Shown here one piece after another: positions 29,950 to 38,389 of a stretch of DNA of 64,000 nt. The notes under the pieces were generated by a model. The model had not been told where the DNA came from. It ran no database searches and saw only the letters and a program-made list of their open reading frames with translations. Within the stretch, counting starts at the first letter, position 1; each line of letters starts with the position of its first letter. This stretch comes from an uncultured Clostridia bacterium. GTDB taxonomy: Bacteria > Bacillota > Clostridia > Christensenellales > Borkfalkiaceae. The translations under genes were made by a program, and so were the position numbers. The stretch spans positions 351 through 64,350 of the forward strand of contig CANRGG010000008.1 in the NCBI GenBank assembly GCA_947630115.1, written 5' to 3'.

Positions 29950-31284
29950 TCATTTCAGCGGTTTTGGATCGAGAATGTTCTTGACGGTTCCGAAGATATC
30001 CCCCGCGCCGAGGACCAGAATGAGATCGTCCTTGAAAAGACGCTCCAAAAGCCGCTCTTTGAGCTGCGCCGCCGTCTGCGCGTAAACGGCGTCGGGAAGG
30101 CGGGAGACGAGGGCGTAGGCGCTTCCCTCGGCGTCGAAGGGCTCGCGCGCCGCAAACGTCTTATAGACGATCGGGCGCTCCGTCGTTTTGAGGACCGAGA
30201 CAAAATCGTCCATAAAATCGCGGGTCCGCGTGTAGGTGTGCGGCTGAAAGACGAGCCGAACGTTTCCGGTGCAGATGTTCCTCGCCGTCGAAAGGACCGC
30301 CGCGATCTCGCGCGGATGATGGGCATAGTCGCAGACCACCGGGACGCCGCAAAAGGTCCCGACCGATTCGAACCGCCGTCCGACGCCGCGGAAGGCCTCG
30401 AGCCCTTGCTTGATCTCTTCGGCGGAAAATCCCGAGAGCCTTGCTACCGCGAAAGCCGCCAAGGCGTCGAGAACGAGCACCTTCCCGGGACAGGCGAGTT
30501 TCACGCGGACGAGCGGGATCCCCTTCTCCGAAACGGTAAAGAAATACTTTTCCCCCACGCTGTTGAGCTTTTCGGCGCGGATATCCCCTCCATAGAGCCC
30601 GAAACTCAGATCGTGCGGCAAAGTCCTGGCGCGAACGTCGTCGGCGTTTACGACGAGTTTTTGGGCTTGAGAGGCGAATTGGCGGTAGGCGTCGAAGACC
30701 TCGCTCTCATTTTTATAGCAGTCGGTATGATCCAGATCGGTATTCAAAATGACGGCGGTCTCGCTCTTTAAGGACAAAAAGCTCCGCTGGAACTCGCAGG
30801 CCTCGGTCAGAAAATATTCGCCGCCCGTGCTGTGGTAATTCCCGAGCAGAAGATCCTCCCCTCCGATGTGGCAGGTGAACTTCCGCTCTCCCGCGAGAAA
30901 AATATGCGCAAGCATGGAGGAAGTGGACGTCTTGCCGTGGCAGCCCGCGACCGAAAGGACATGCGGAAAGCCGTCGGCGATCATGCCGAGAAGTTTGGGA
31001 CGGGGAATGAGGTTCTTCCCGCTCCGTTTCGCCTGCTGGAGCTGGGGATGATCGTTTAAGATCGCGCCCGTATAGACGACGTTCGGCTCGGTGATGAGTT
31101 CCCGATCGCCGATCGAGACGGGAATGCCCTCCCGCTCGAGCATTTCGGTGAACGTTCCCCTCTGCATATCGCTTCCTCGGACCATGCAACCGCGGTCTTT
31201 GAGGAGCCTTGCGAGCGCCGACATGCTCACGCCGCCGATCCCGATCAAATAAAAACCGCCCTCCGGCAATTCGTTTTGCAGCAT
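29950..31284 (-). CDS. murC: UDP-N-acetylmuramate--L-alanine ligase
   Basis: 444 aa from ATG 31284; the track ORF starts at TTG 31320. LIGIGGVSMSALA Rossmann loop and the Mur ligase P-loop AGCHGKTSTSSM. Confidence 0.93.
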   Translation of the reverse strand: MLQNELPEGGFYLIGIGGVSMSALARLLKDRGCMVRGSDMQRGTFTEMLEREGIPVSIGDRELITEPNVVYTGAILNDHPQLQQAKRSGKNLIPRPKLLGMIADGFPHVLSVAGCHGKTSTSSMLAHIFLAGERKFTCHIGGEDLLLGNYHSTGGEYFLTEACEFQRSFLSLKSETAVILNTDLDHTDCYKNESEVFDAYRQFASQAQKLVVNADDVRARTLPHDLSFGLYGGDIRAEKLNSVGEKYFFTVSEKGIPLVRVKLACPGKVLVLDALAAFAVARLSGFSAEEIKQGLEAFRGVGRRFESVGTFCGVPVVCDYAHHPREIAAVLSTARNICTGNVRLVFQPHTYTRTRDFMDDFVSVLKTTERPIVYKTFAAREPFDAEGSAYALVSRLPDAVYAQTAAQLKERLLERLFKDDLILVLGAGDIFGTVKNILDPKPLK

Positions 31285-31416
31285 AATGCATGCTATGCCG
31301 CCGCGCCGTTTCCCGTGCAAGCCGAAAACACGAACGATATTTCAAAGCGGAAAAAGCGTCCCAAATCGCGAATAAAAACGGAAGAATCGCGCCCTCGCGA
31401 AAAAAAGAAAATGCGA

Positions 31417-31473
31417 AGTATAAAAGGGCCGCCCGAAAAAAAATGAAAATCCGGAGTATAAAAGGGCCGCCCG
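31417..31473. repeat. 19-nt direct repeat AGTATAAAAGGGCCGCCCG (31417-31435 and 31455-31473)
   Basis: The second copy forms the 5' flank and arm of the csp terminator. The first copy is an orphan half-terminator 38 nt away. Confidence 0.85.
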
Positions 31474-31504
31474 TCCGCGAATGCGGACGGGCGGCGTCTT
31501 TTTT
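31466..31504. terminator. Terminator of csp (bidirectional hairpin)
   Basis: 13-bp stem GCCGCCCGTCCGC-gaat-GCGGACGGGCGGC. T-tracts on both sides. Confidence 0.8.
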
Positions 31505-31509
31505 GAGTT

Positions 31510-31722
31510 TTACGAAACGGGAACTACGTTGATCGCGCGCAGTTTGCCGCTGTCTTTGGGATCGGGCTCCGTCTCGAACGTGACTTTCTGTCCCTCTTTC
31601 AGCGAACGGTAGCCGTCCTGCTGAATCGCGGAGAAATGAACGAAGATATCTTCGCCTCCGTCATCGTTGGAAATAAATCCATATCCCTTTCCGTTATTGA
31701 ACCACTTTACGGTTCCGTTCAT
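31510..31722 (-). CDS. csp: Cold-shock protein (CspA family)
   Basis: 70 aa from ATG 31722. RNP1 KGYGFI and RNP2 IFVHF. AGGAGG RBS, consensus promoter and a ~70-nt structured leader. Confidence 0.95.
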   Translation of the reverse strand: MNGTVKWFNNGKGYGFISNDDGGEDIFVHFSAIQQDGYRSLKEGQKVTFETEPDPKDSGKLRAINVVPVS

Positions 31723-31799
31723 AAAAAATACCTCCTGCGATATTGCCATCAGACTTTGGGAGCCGCCCCGAAGGGGTTTTCCCATGCAACATCGAGATT

Positions 31800-31828
31800 A
31801 TTATATCAATCCCGCAGGAAAATGTCAA
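31800..31828 (-). promoter_or_regulatory. Consensus sigma-A promoter of csp
   Basis: On the minus strand: TTGACA (31828-31823), 17 nt, TATAAT (31805-31800). A ~70-nt leader with a CCCCTTCGGGG hairpin follows. Confidence 0.75.
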
Positions 31829-31845
31829 GAGCGCGAAGGAAAATT

Positions 31846-33663
31846 TTACCTTTTTTCCAAATATTTTTGCATAATATCCGCCTGTGCCGCCGAAAATTCC
31901 CCGATCTCCTCCGGTTTGAGCTGGCGATATGAGAGTAGCGCGAGGAAATAGATCTGCTTTGCAATGAGATCGCGCTCTTCCTCCCCGGCAGAGACAAGCG
32001 CCTCTACGCAGGGCGAACTGACGTTGACGATCAGGGTGATCTCCTCCGCCTCCTCGCCCGCCATGCGGTAGAAGCTGTTCATCTCGCTCATTCTGCGCAT
32101 AAATTCGCCTACGTTCACGACCGCGGGCACCGCGCCGCTCTTGAGCTTTTCGGCGCGGACCTTCACTTTCTTCCCCTCGAGCGCCTTTTCGAAGATCTTT
32201 TCGATCTCCCCGCCGTTTTCGCAGGGCGCCTCTTTGAGCGCGCCGTCGATCTCCGCGTCGATCCGGAAGAAGCGGACCCGCTTCGGATTTTTATATTCGA
32301 GATAGCTGATGAAATGCGGGTCGATATACCCGTCGCAGACCGCGGCGTTTAAGCCCGCCTCCTTGAACATCTTGATATACTGCGCCTGTTTGTTCTCGTC
32401 GGAGACATAGTAGACGGGCGCGGGCTCCTTGCCCTCTTTGGCGTCCTCTTCGGAGATTTCTGCCCCGTAAAAGCTCTCGATCGGGCGGTATTTGCCGTCG
32501 AGATCGCGGAAAATGACGATGTCCTTGACCTTTTCATAGAACTTATCGTCCTTGATACAGCCGAATTTGACGAACGTCGAAAGATCGTTCCAGCTGTTTT
32601 CGTACTTTTCGCGGTCGTTTTTATACAGCTCTTCGAGCTTGTCCGCTACTTTCTTGGTGATGTGCCCCGCGATCTTCTGGACCTGCTTGTCGTTTTGCAG
32701 GAAGCTGCGCGAGACGTTGAGCGGAATGTCCGGACAGTCGATCACGCCGTTCAAGAGCATTAAAAACTCGGGGATGACTTCCTTGATGTTGTCGGCGATA
32801 AAGACGCGGTTGCAGTAGAGTTTGACCTGTCCGCGCTCGAGCTCGACCTGCTTTTTTACCTTCGGGAAGTACAGGATCCCTTTGAGACGGAAGGGATAAT
32901 CCATGTTGAGATGGATCCAGAAGAGCGGATCGTTGAAATCGGAGAAAGTCTCGCGGTAAAAGGTCTTATATTCCTCGTCGGTGCAGTCCTTGGGCTGTTT
33001 GAGATAGAGCGGATCGACCGTGTTGACGGGTTTGTCGTCCTTCCCCTTGGGATTGAGATAGATCTCATAGGGCATGAAGGAGCAATATTTGCGGAGAAGC
33101 GTCCTCAGCTCAAACTCTTTCAGGAACTCCTTCTCCTCTTCCGCAAGATGCATGACGATCCGGGTGCCGCGCGTCTCCTTGCCGCACTCCTCGATGGTAT
33201 ATTGGCTCTCGCCGTCCGACTCCCAATGGACAGCGGGCGCGCCGCTGTAGGATTTTGTGAAGATCTCGATGTTGTCGGAGACCATATAGGCGGAATAGAA
33301 GCCGAGTCCGAAGTGCCCGATGATCCCGTCTCCGCCCGCTTTTTCGTATTTTTCGAGGAAATCCGCCGCGCCCGAAAAGGCGATCTGCGTGATATAGCGC
33401 TCGACCTCCTCCTCGCTCATGCCGATCCCGTTGTCCTCGACGGTGAGGGTGCCCGCCTTCTCGTCCGCGGTGACGGTGATCTTGAACGGCTCGTCTCCCG
33501 CCTTGGCTTCGCCGACGTCGATGAGTTTCTGAAGTTTCGTGATCGCGTCCGACGCGTTCGCGACAATCTCGCGCAGAAAGATGTCCTTATCCGAATACAG
33601 CCATTTTTTAATGATGGGCATCATGTGTTCGCTTGAAATTTTGATGTTTCCCGTTTTTGCCAT
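31846..33663 (-). CDS. htpG: Molecular chaperone HtpG (Hsp90)
   Basis: 605 aa from ATG 33663. GHKL ATPase motifs REIVANASDA and GHFGLGFYS. Confidence 0.95.
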   Translation of the reverse strand: MAKTGNIKISSEHMMPIIKKWLYSDKDIFLREIVANASDAITKLQKLIDVGEAKAGDEPFKITVTADEKAGTLTVEDNGIGMSEEEVERYITQIAFSGAADFLEKYEKAGGDGIIGHFGLGFYSAYMVSDNIEIFTKSYSGAPAVHWESDGESQYTIEECGKETRGTRIVMHLAEEEKEFLKEFELRTLLRKYCSFMPYEIYLNPKGKDDKPVNTVDPLYLKQPKDCTDEEYKTFYRETFSDFNDPLFWIHLNMDYPFRLKGILYFPKVKKQVELERGQVKLYCNRVFIADNIKEVIPEFLMLLNGVIDCPDIPLNVSRSFLQNDKQVQKIAGHITKKVADKLEELYKNDREKYENSWNDLSTFVKFGCIKDDKFYEKVKDIVIFRDLDGKYRPIESFYGAEISEEDAKEGKEPAPVYYVSDENKQAQYIKMFKEAGLNAAVCDGYIDPHFISYLEYKNPKRVRFFRIDAEIDGALKEAPCENGGEIEKIFEKALEGKKVKVRAEKLKSGAVPAVVNVGEFMRRMSEMNSFYRMAGEEAEEITLIVNVSSPCVEALVSAGEEERDLIAKQIYFLALLSYRQLKPEEIGEFSAAQADIMQKYLEKR

Positions 33664-33704
33664 GATGAGAACCTCTTTATTTTTTTCTAATATCATTCAT
33701 AACC

Positions 33705-33734
33705 GAAAAAATCCGTTCTGAAACGGATTTTTTC
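33705..33734. terminator. Bidirectional terminator between the lipoprotein gene and htpG
   Basis: AAAAAATCCGTT-ctga-AACGGATTTTTT. Confidence 0.8.
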
Positions 33735-33766
33735 GAAATTTCGATGAAGTTTTCCCGAAAATCGGG

Positions 33767-35164
33767 TCAATCGTTCTTGCCGCGCCCTTCGACGGAGAGC
33801 TGTTCGGGCAGAAGCGCCACGGGCGCCTGGTCGCCGCCCCCCGCGGAATTCCCGTTTTCATGGAGTTTCTGATAGATCGTGATCGCCCGGTCCATGAGTT
33901 TGGTAAATTCGTCGGCGCTGCGTGCGACTACCGTATTCAGATGGATGATGACGCCCTCCGAGTCGACGATCACCGTCGTGGGATAACCCTTGAAAGATTC
34001 CCGATTGCGGAGGAAGAGCTCTTCCATCGCGGGGCAATACGCCATCATGGTGGGAAGATTTCTCGAACGGATCCCATATTTTTGATAGTCGGTCTTTCCG
34101 CTGGTCGGATCGGCTTTGAAGCGGCGGATGGTGGCCTTCGACTCCCGGGAAGCGCTGCTTGCAAGCATGACCATCGCCACTTCCTCTCCATAGATCTTTC
34201 CGGTGGAGCTGCGCGCGTTGTAAGCGTTCATGAGATAGTCAACCTCCGAAACGCAGCCGTCGCAAGTGGAGAAATACACGTTGAAAAGGATCGCCTTGTA
34301 TTCCGACAAGAGTTCGGAGATCGTGACTTTCTTGTCCTCCTCTTCGGTGAGACCAATGATCTCGAGGGTCTGATCATACAGAACGGAGCCGACCTTATAT
34401 GTCGTCGTATTTTTGGGAACTCCCTTCAAAAGAGAAGCGTGGAGCACGAATTCCACCGAATTGTGCGTGGCGTCCGCTGGAATGGACGTCTGATCGACGG
34501 TAAATCCCTCGGGAACGTCCACGATCACGACGTTGTACTCGCCGTCGGGCAGCTCAAATTTATGGGACATCTGATAATTTCTCTCGATGACGTACCCGCT
34601 CTTGTCCTGCACTTCGATACGGATCCCTCTGGTGCTGGGAAAGACTTCGCCTGAGGTGCGCAAAACGTTGACAGAGAGCTGGAACGTCTCCACTTCGAGC
34701 TTCGGGATCTCCTCTTCTTCCTTCCCGTCGCAGCCCTCGCGCTTGCAGTGACGGACTTTTTTGCCCGGCGCGGAGGACGTCGCAGGCGTTTCGGTCTCCC
34801 ATTCGCCGAAATCATGTGCAATTTTTTCGGTTGTGTGCACCTGTCTGTCGCTGCAGCGGGAACAAACTTCGACGGTCTGCCCCTCCTTCATGCAGGTCGC
34901 TTCGACGCATTCGTCTTGCTTGATCTGATAATCGTGTCCCAAACGATCGAGCTTGACCTCGTGGGACTCCCCGCAGGCGCAGTATTCGAGGGCGAGACCG
35001 TCCTCCACGCAGGTCGCGGGCGTGATGACTTCCCGCCGCGCCGAATAGTCGTGGGTGTGGTTTTCGGCCTCCTCCATCTCGCAGGCGCTTGCGAACGACA
35101 TAAGCCCCATGGCGCATGCCGCCGCAAAGACGATCCCCAGGATCCTCTTCCCGTTCTTTTTCAT
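33767..35164 (-). CDS. Lipoprotein with three Cys-rich HD[YF] repeats, a middle beta-rich region and a C-terminal TlpA/ResA-like thioredoxin domain
   Basis: 465 aa. Signal peptide with lipobox-like FASAC (Cys28). Three ~40-aa HD[YF]...C...C..C repeats (aa 37-145). Redoxin-like C-terminus with CDGC (aa 301-304) and a YPTTVIVD cis-Pro region. Confidence 0.7.
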   Translation of the reverse strand: MKKNGKRILGIVFAAACAMGLMSFASACEMEEAENHTHDYSARREVITPATCVEDGLALEYCACGESHEVKLDRLGHDYQIKQDECVEATCMKEGQTVEVCSRCSDRQVHTTEKIAHDFGEWETETPATSSAPGKKVRHCKREGCDGKEEEEIPKLEVETFQLSVNVLRTSGEVFPSTRGIRIEVQDKSGYVIERNYQMSHKFELPDGEYNVVIVDVPEGFTVDQTSIPADATHNSVEFVLHASLLKGVPKNTTTYKVGSVLYDQTLEIIGLTEEEDKKVTISELLSEYKAILFNVYFSTCDGCVSEVDYLMNAYNARSSTGKIYGEEVAMVMLASSASRESKATIRRFKADPTSGKTDYQKYGIRSRNLPTMMAYCPAMEELFLRNRESFKGYPTTVIVDSEGVIIHLNTVVARSADEFTKLMDRAITIYQKLHENGNSAGGGDQAPVALLPEQLSVEGRGKND

Positions 35165-35198
35165 CCATCAAACCTCCCTATTTCATATGTTCCTATTT

Positions 35199-35227
35199 AT
35201 TATAATCGATTTTCATGATTTAGTCAA
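35199..35227 (-). promoter_or_regulatory. Sigma-A promoter of the TlpA-like lipoprotein gene
   Basis: Minus strand: TTGACT, 17 nt, TATAAT. Confidence 0.65.
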
Positions 35228-35250
35228 TAAAATTTGGAATTTTTATGTGC

Positions 35251-35270
35251 AAACGGAAAAATCTTTTCCG
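35251..35270 (-). terminator. Terminator of the small membrane-protein gene
   Basis: Minus strand: CGGAAAA-gat-TTTTCCG followed by TTT. Confidence 0.6.
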
Positions 35271-35273
35271 CCT

Positions 35274-35600
35274 TTACTCCTCGGGGTCGTCGGTTTGCCC
35301 GTTTTCCTCTTCCGTTTCGCTTTGCTCGATCAACTTCTTGTATTTTCTGGCTTTGAAATAGGAAATACTCGTAAACGTGAAAATCGCCAGGAATATGACA
35401 ATCAGGACACACGCCGATATCTTGCTGTAAAGGAACGGCGCTTTCTCTTCGAGATCGGTAAATTCTTTCAGAATGGTCAGAACTCCCGCAATGACAGCCA
35501 AAGAACCGAGGATCACGTTCGTAATGATGCAAATCCTCAACCATTTTATACATTTCTTCCCGTTAAGTTCGTCGTTCGTTTCCATTTCCGATTCTTCCAC
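35274..35600 (-). CDS. Hypothetical small membrane protein
   Basis: 108 aa (GTG 35600, or ATG 35585). Two hydrophobic helices flanked by acidic termini. Lower GC than its surroundings. Own terminator at 35251-35270. Confidence 0.5.
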   Translation of the reverse strand: MEESEMETNDELNGKKCIKWLRICIITNVILGSLAVIAGVLTILKEFTDLEEKAPFLYSKISACVLIVIFLAIFTFTSISYFKARKYKKLIEQSETEEENGQTDDPEE

Positions 35601-35703
35601 CTTTTACTGTTATGATACCATAAACCGACGCGAAAATCAAGCGAGCTTTCGAAAAAGATTTGCGCCGCAAAGATTTTTTGGCAAGGAAGCCGCCCCCAAA
35701 CGT

Positions 35704-35732
35704 AAAAAAATAAAGGTTGCCAATCGGCAACC
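35704..35732 (-). terminator. Terminator of tRNA-Ala
   Basis: Minus strand: GGTTGCC-gatt-GGCAACC followed by TTTATTTTTTT. Confidence 0.8.
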
Positions 35733-35759
35733 CCTTGCAAAATGTGCCTTGCGGCGTGA

Positions 35760-35835
35760 TGGTGGAGATAGCGTGACTCGAACACGTGACCTCTGCGTTG
35801 CGAACGCAGCGCTCTACCAACTGAGCTATATCCCC
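35760..35835 (-). tRNA. tRNA-Ala (anticodon CGC), CCA encoded
   Basis: The reverse complement reads GGGGATATAGCTCAGTTGGTAGAGCGCTGCGTTCGCAACGCAGAGGTCACGTGTTCGAGTCACGCTATCTCCACCA. It has the G3:U70 identity pair, anticodon loop TTCGCAA and T-loop GTTCGAG. Confidence 0.93.
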
Positions 35836-35855
35836 ATTGCCTGCAAGATGATATG

Positions 35856-35884
35856 ATTATACCCTTTTACTCGCAAAAAGGCAA
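35856..35884 (-). promoter_or_regulatory. Sigma-A promoter of tRNA-Ala
   Basis: Minus strand: TTGCCT, 17 nt, TATAAT, about 20 nt upstream of the mature 5' end. Confidence 0.65.
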
Positions 35885-35945
35885 GCGATTTTTATACGGA
35901 TTCCATAAAAAATCTTATCCGTTTTCTATTTTGACCGAAAAACAG

Positions 35946-35974
35946 TTGACAGCTTTTTCCAAACCGTGTAAAAT
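35946..35974 (+). promoter_or_regulatory. Sigma-A promoter of tRNA-Val
   Basis: TTGACA (35946-35951), 17 nt, TAAAAT (35969-35974). Shares CTTTTTCC in the spacer and CGTGTAAAATAGA with the tyrS promoter. Confidence 0.7.
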
Positions 35975-35986
35975 AGACTTGTTTGT

Positions 35987-36063
35987 GGGGGCATAGCTCA
36001 GTTGGTTAGAGCGCACGCTTCACATGCGTGAGGTCACAGGTTCGAGCCCCGTTGTCCCCACCA
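35987..36063 (+). tRNA. tRNA-Val (anticodon CAC), CCA encoded
   Basis: GGGGGCATAGCTCAGTTGGTTAGAGCGCACGCTTCACATGCGTGAGGTCACAGGTTCGAGCCCCGTTGTCCCCACCA. Cloverleaf with anticodon loop TTCACAT; one A-C mismatch in the T-stem. Confidence 0.9.
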
Positions 36064-36076
36064 CTTTTTCAGAATT

Positions 36077-36109
36077 AGTCCTGACGGCTCCCGTCGGGAC
36101 TTTTCTTTT
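36077..36109 (+). terminator. Terminator of tRNA-Val
   Basis: AGTCCTGACGG-ctc-CCGTCGGGACT followed by TTTCTTTTC. Confidence 0.8.
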
Positions 36110-36170
36110 CCCCAAAATCAGATCATGCCGCCGAGCACGATTTTTTCTTTTTCCTCGAAGATCGGGCTTC

Positions 36171-36210
36171 GGGCGGCGCCGCAAGATCTTGCGGCGCCGC
36201 CCCCTTTTTC
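36171..36210 (+). terminator. 32-nt perfect palindrome plus T-tract (second, tandem terminator)
   Basis: GGGCGGCGCCGCAAGA|TCTTGCGGCGCCGCCC followed by CCTTTTTC. Confidence 0.6.
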
Positions 36211-36219
36211 GTTTCGCGC

Positions 36220-36258
36220 AAAAAAACAGGCGACAGATCTTCTCCGTCGCCCGCTGTT
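36220..36258 (-). terminator. Terminator of ispH-rpsA
   Basis: Minus strand: imperfect ACAGCGGGCGAC...GTCGCCTGT hairpin followed by TTTTTTT. Confidence 0.65.
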
Positions 36259-36271
36259 ATCGTCTTATTTC

Positions 36272-38389
36272 TTATTTATTCTCGTCCTCATTGCCGAGAA
36301 GTTCGGAAATGGAAGTGGAAAAACTGCTGCTCTCGTTCCATTCTCTGTATTCGTCCTCTTCCTCGGGGGAAGCGCCGCGCTTATTGTTTTTGCGCGCTCT
36401 CGGATGTTCCTCGCCCTCATTGTTCCGGCGCTCGGGACGCTCTCTGCGTTCCGGACGGGGTTCCTGCTCGGGACGGGGCTGCAAAGCCTTGATGGAAAGA
36501 GTGATCTTGCGTTCCTCGGGATTGAACGCCAGGATCTTCGCGTCCACTTCCTCACCGATCTTCAAAGCGTCAGTGGGATTTTCCAGCCATTCATGGGTGA
36601 TCTGCGAGACATGGACCAGACCGTCGACGCCCTTTTCGAGTTCGACGAACGCGCCGAACGGAACGATCCGGACGACCTTGCCGTGCACGACGTCGCCCTC
36701 CGCGTATTTCTCCGCCGCAAGATCCCAAGGCTGAGGCTGCAACTGCTTATAGCCGATGGAAACTTTCTTGCCTTCTCGGTCCACTTTCAGAACTTTGAAC
36801 TCATAGCGCTTGCCAAGCTCTAAAACGTCGGTGACATTCTTGACACTCGTCCAGCTCAGATCGGAGATGTGCGCCAGGCAGTCGAAGCCGTTCACCGAAA
36901 CGAACGCGCCGAAGTTGGTCGCCCGCTCCACCTTGCCCTCCACGATGTCGCCCTCATGGATGGATTCGAAGAACGCCGCTTCCTTCTGCGCTCTTGCCTC
37001 CTCGCGTGCCGCCTTCTCCTCTTCGAGAATGACCCGCTGCGACGCGATGATCTCCTTTCTGCGCTCTCTTCTGATCTCCAGAACTCTCAGGCGCAGCTTT
37101 TTGCCGGTGTATTTTTCGAGGTCCTTCACATAGCCCGAACGGATTTCCTTGGCGGGGACAAAGACGGGATAGGAACCGAGTTCGGCGGTGAGCCCGCCCT
37201 TGTTGAAGCCCGTGCAGACGACGGTGAATTCCTTGCCGTCCGCGATCTCCTTGATCTGCTCATCCTCTTCCCGGATCTTGTTCAGCATTTTCTGGGAGAG
37301 CTTTACCTTGGGGGTGACCTCCATGACCATCACCTCGATCTCCTCGCCGACCTTTTCGGCGTAAGCCTCGCGGGTGTAGCTGTCGCATGCCAGCTCTTCC
37401 TTGGCAAGCAAAATCTCCAGCTTGCCGGAAGCGGATACGTAGACCCCTTCGTCCGTGGCGGATACGATCCGGGCAGAGATGATCTGTCCCTTCTTGTAGC
37501 GCTCTTCCTTGCCGATCTCCTCAACGACGTCCTTCATTGTCGTTGCCTGAACTTCCGCGTTGTTACCTTCCATCTTGTTGAGAACCTCCTGAGTCTGCCA
37601 ATCGGGAGTGCTCGCCCCCGCTATGATACCGACTCTTTCATAAAATAAAAAATTTTCATATTTGAAACCGCCGGCGTTTTCCGCGCGAAAGACGTTCTTG
37701 CAGTGCGCCGACGCGATTTCATAGAGTTTATTCGTGTTGGCGCTGTTCAGCCCGCCGAGCACGAGAACGGCGTCGCAGGTGGAAGAAATTTGCTCCGCCT
37801 CTTTCTGCCGCTGTATAGTAGTATAACAAATTGTCTTAAAAATCTCAACTGTTTTTTGACATACTTTTCGAAGAATTTTCGCAATTTTCAAAAATCTTTG
37901 CTCGGAAAAGGTCGTTTGCGACACGAAAACGACATTTTTATCATAAAAAAGTGAGAAGTCGCTCTCTTCGGAGGAGACGACGTACGCTTCTCCTCCGCAC
38001 CAGCCGAGAAGTCCGATGACCTCGGGATGGTCTTTCTGCCCCGCGATGACGACGGTCTTTCCCTCGGCGCTCTTCTGCTCGACGATGCGCTGCGTCCTTG
38101 CGACGAAGGGGCAGGTGCAGTCCACGACCCGGATCCCCCGCCCGGCGCACTGTTCAAAGACCGACCGCCCCGCCCCGTGGGAGCGGATGAGAAGGGTCGC
38201 CCCCGGCGGAACTTCCAGCGGGCTTTCGACCGTGCGGATCCCCCTTGCGGCGATCCTCTCCGTGACATCGGCGTTGTGGATCAGTTCTCCCAGCACATAA
38301 GTATTTTCGGGCGGAACCGCCAGCGCGGTGTCCACCGCCTTGCGCACGCCGCTGCAAAAGCCGCAGTTTTTGGCGAGGAGCACTTTCAT
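36272..38389 (-). CDS. ispH-rpsA: Bifunctional 4-hydroxy-3-methylbut-2-enyl diphosphate reductase (IspH) / ribosomal protein S1
   Basis: 705 aa. N-terminal LytB domain (AKNCGFCSGVRKAV plus conserved Cys residues), then four S1 OB repeats and an Arg/Glu-rich tail. 4-nt overlap with plsC. Confidence 0.93.
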   Translation of the reverse strand: MKVLLAKNCGFCSGVRKAVDTALAVPPENTYVLGELIHNADVTERIAARGIRTVESPLEVPPGATLLIRSHGAGRSVFEQCAGRGIRVVDCTCPFVARTQRIVEQKSAEGKTVVIAGQKDHPEVIGLLGWCGGEAYVVSSEESDFSLFYDKNVVFVSQTTFSEQRFLKIAKILRKVCQKTVEIFKTICYTTIQRQKEAEQISSTCDAVLVLGGLNSANTNKLYEIASAHCKNVFRAENAGGFKYENFLFYERVGIIAGASTPDWQTQEVLNKMEGNNAEVQATTMKDVVEEIGKEERYKKGQIISARIVSATDEGVYVSASGKLEILLAKEELACDSYTREAYAEKVGEEIEVMVMEVTPKVKLSQKMLNKIREEDEQIKEIADGKEFTVVCTGFNKGGLTAELGSYPVFVPAKEIRSGYVKDLEKYTGKKLRLRVLEIRRERRKEIIASQRVILEEEKAAREEARAQKEAAFFESIHEGDIVEGKVERATNFGAFVSVNGFDCLAHISDLSWTSVKNVTDVLELGKRYEFKVLKVDREGKKVSIGYKQLQPQPWDLAAEKYAEGDVVHGKVVRIVPFGAFVELEKGVDGLVHVSQITHEWLENPTDALKIGEEVDAKILAFNPEERKITLSIKALQPRPEQEPRPERRERPERRNNEGEEHPRARKNNKRGASPEEEDEYREWNESSSFSTSISELLGNEDENK

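Noticed and set aside
36024-36823. Two ~230-aa plus-strand ORFs starting inside or near tRNA-Val.
   Set aside because: They overlap the tRNA and two terminators, and they run antisense to the S1 domain region. The translations are low-complexity Ser/Arg/Leu strings.
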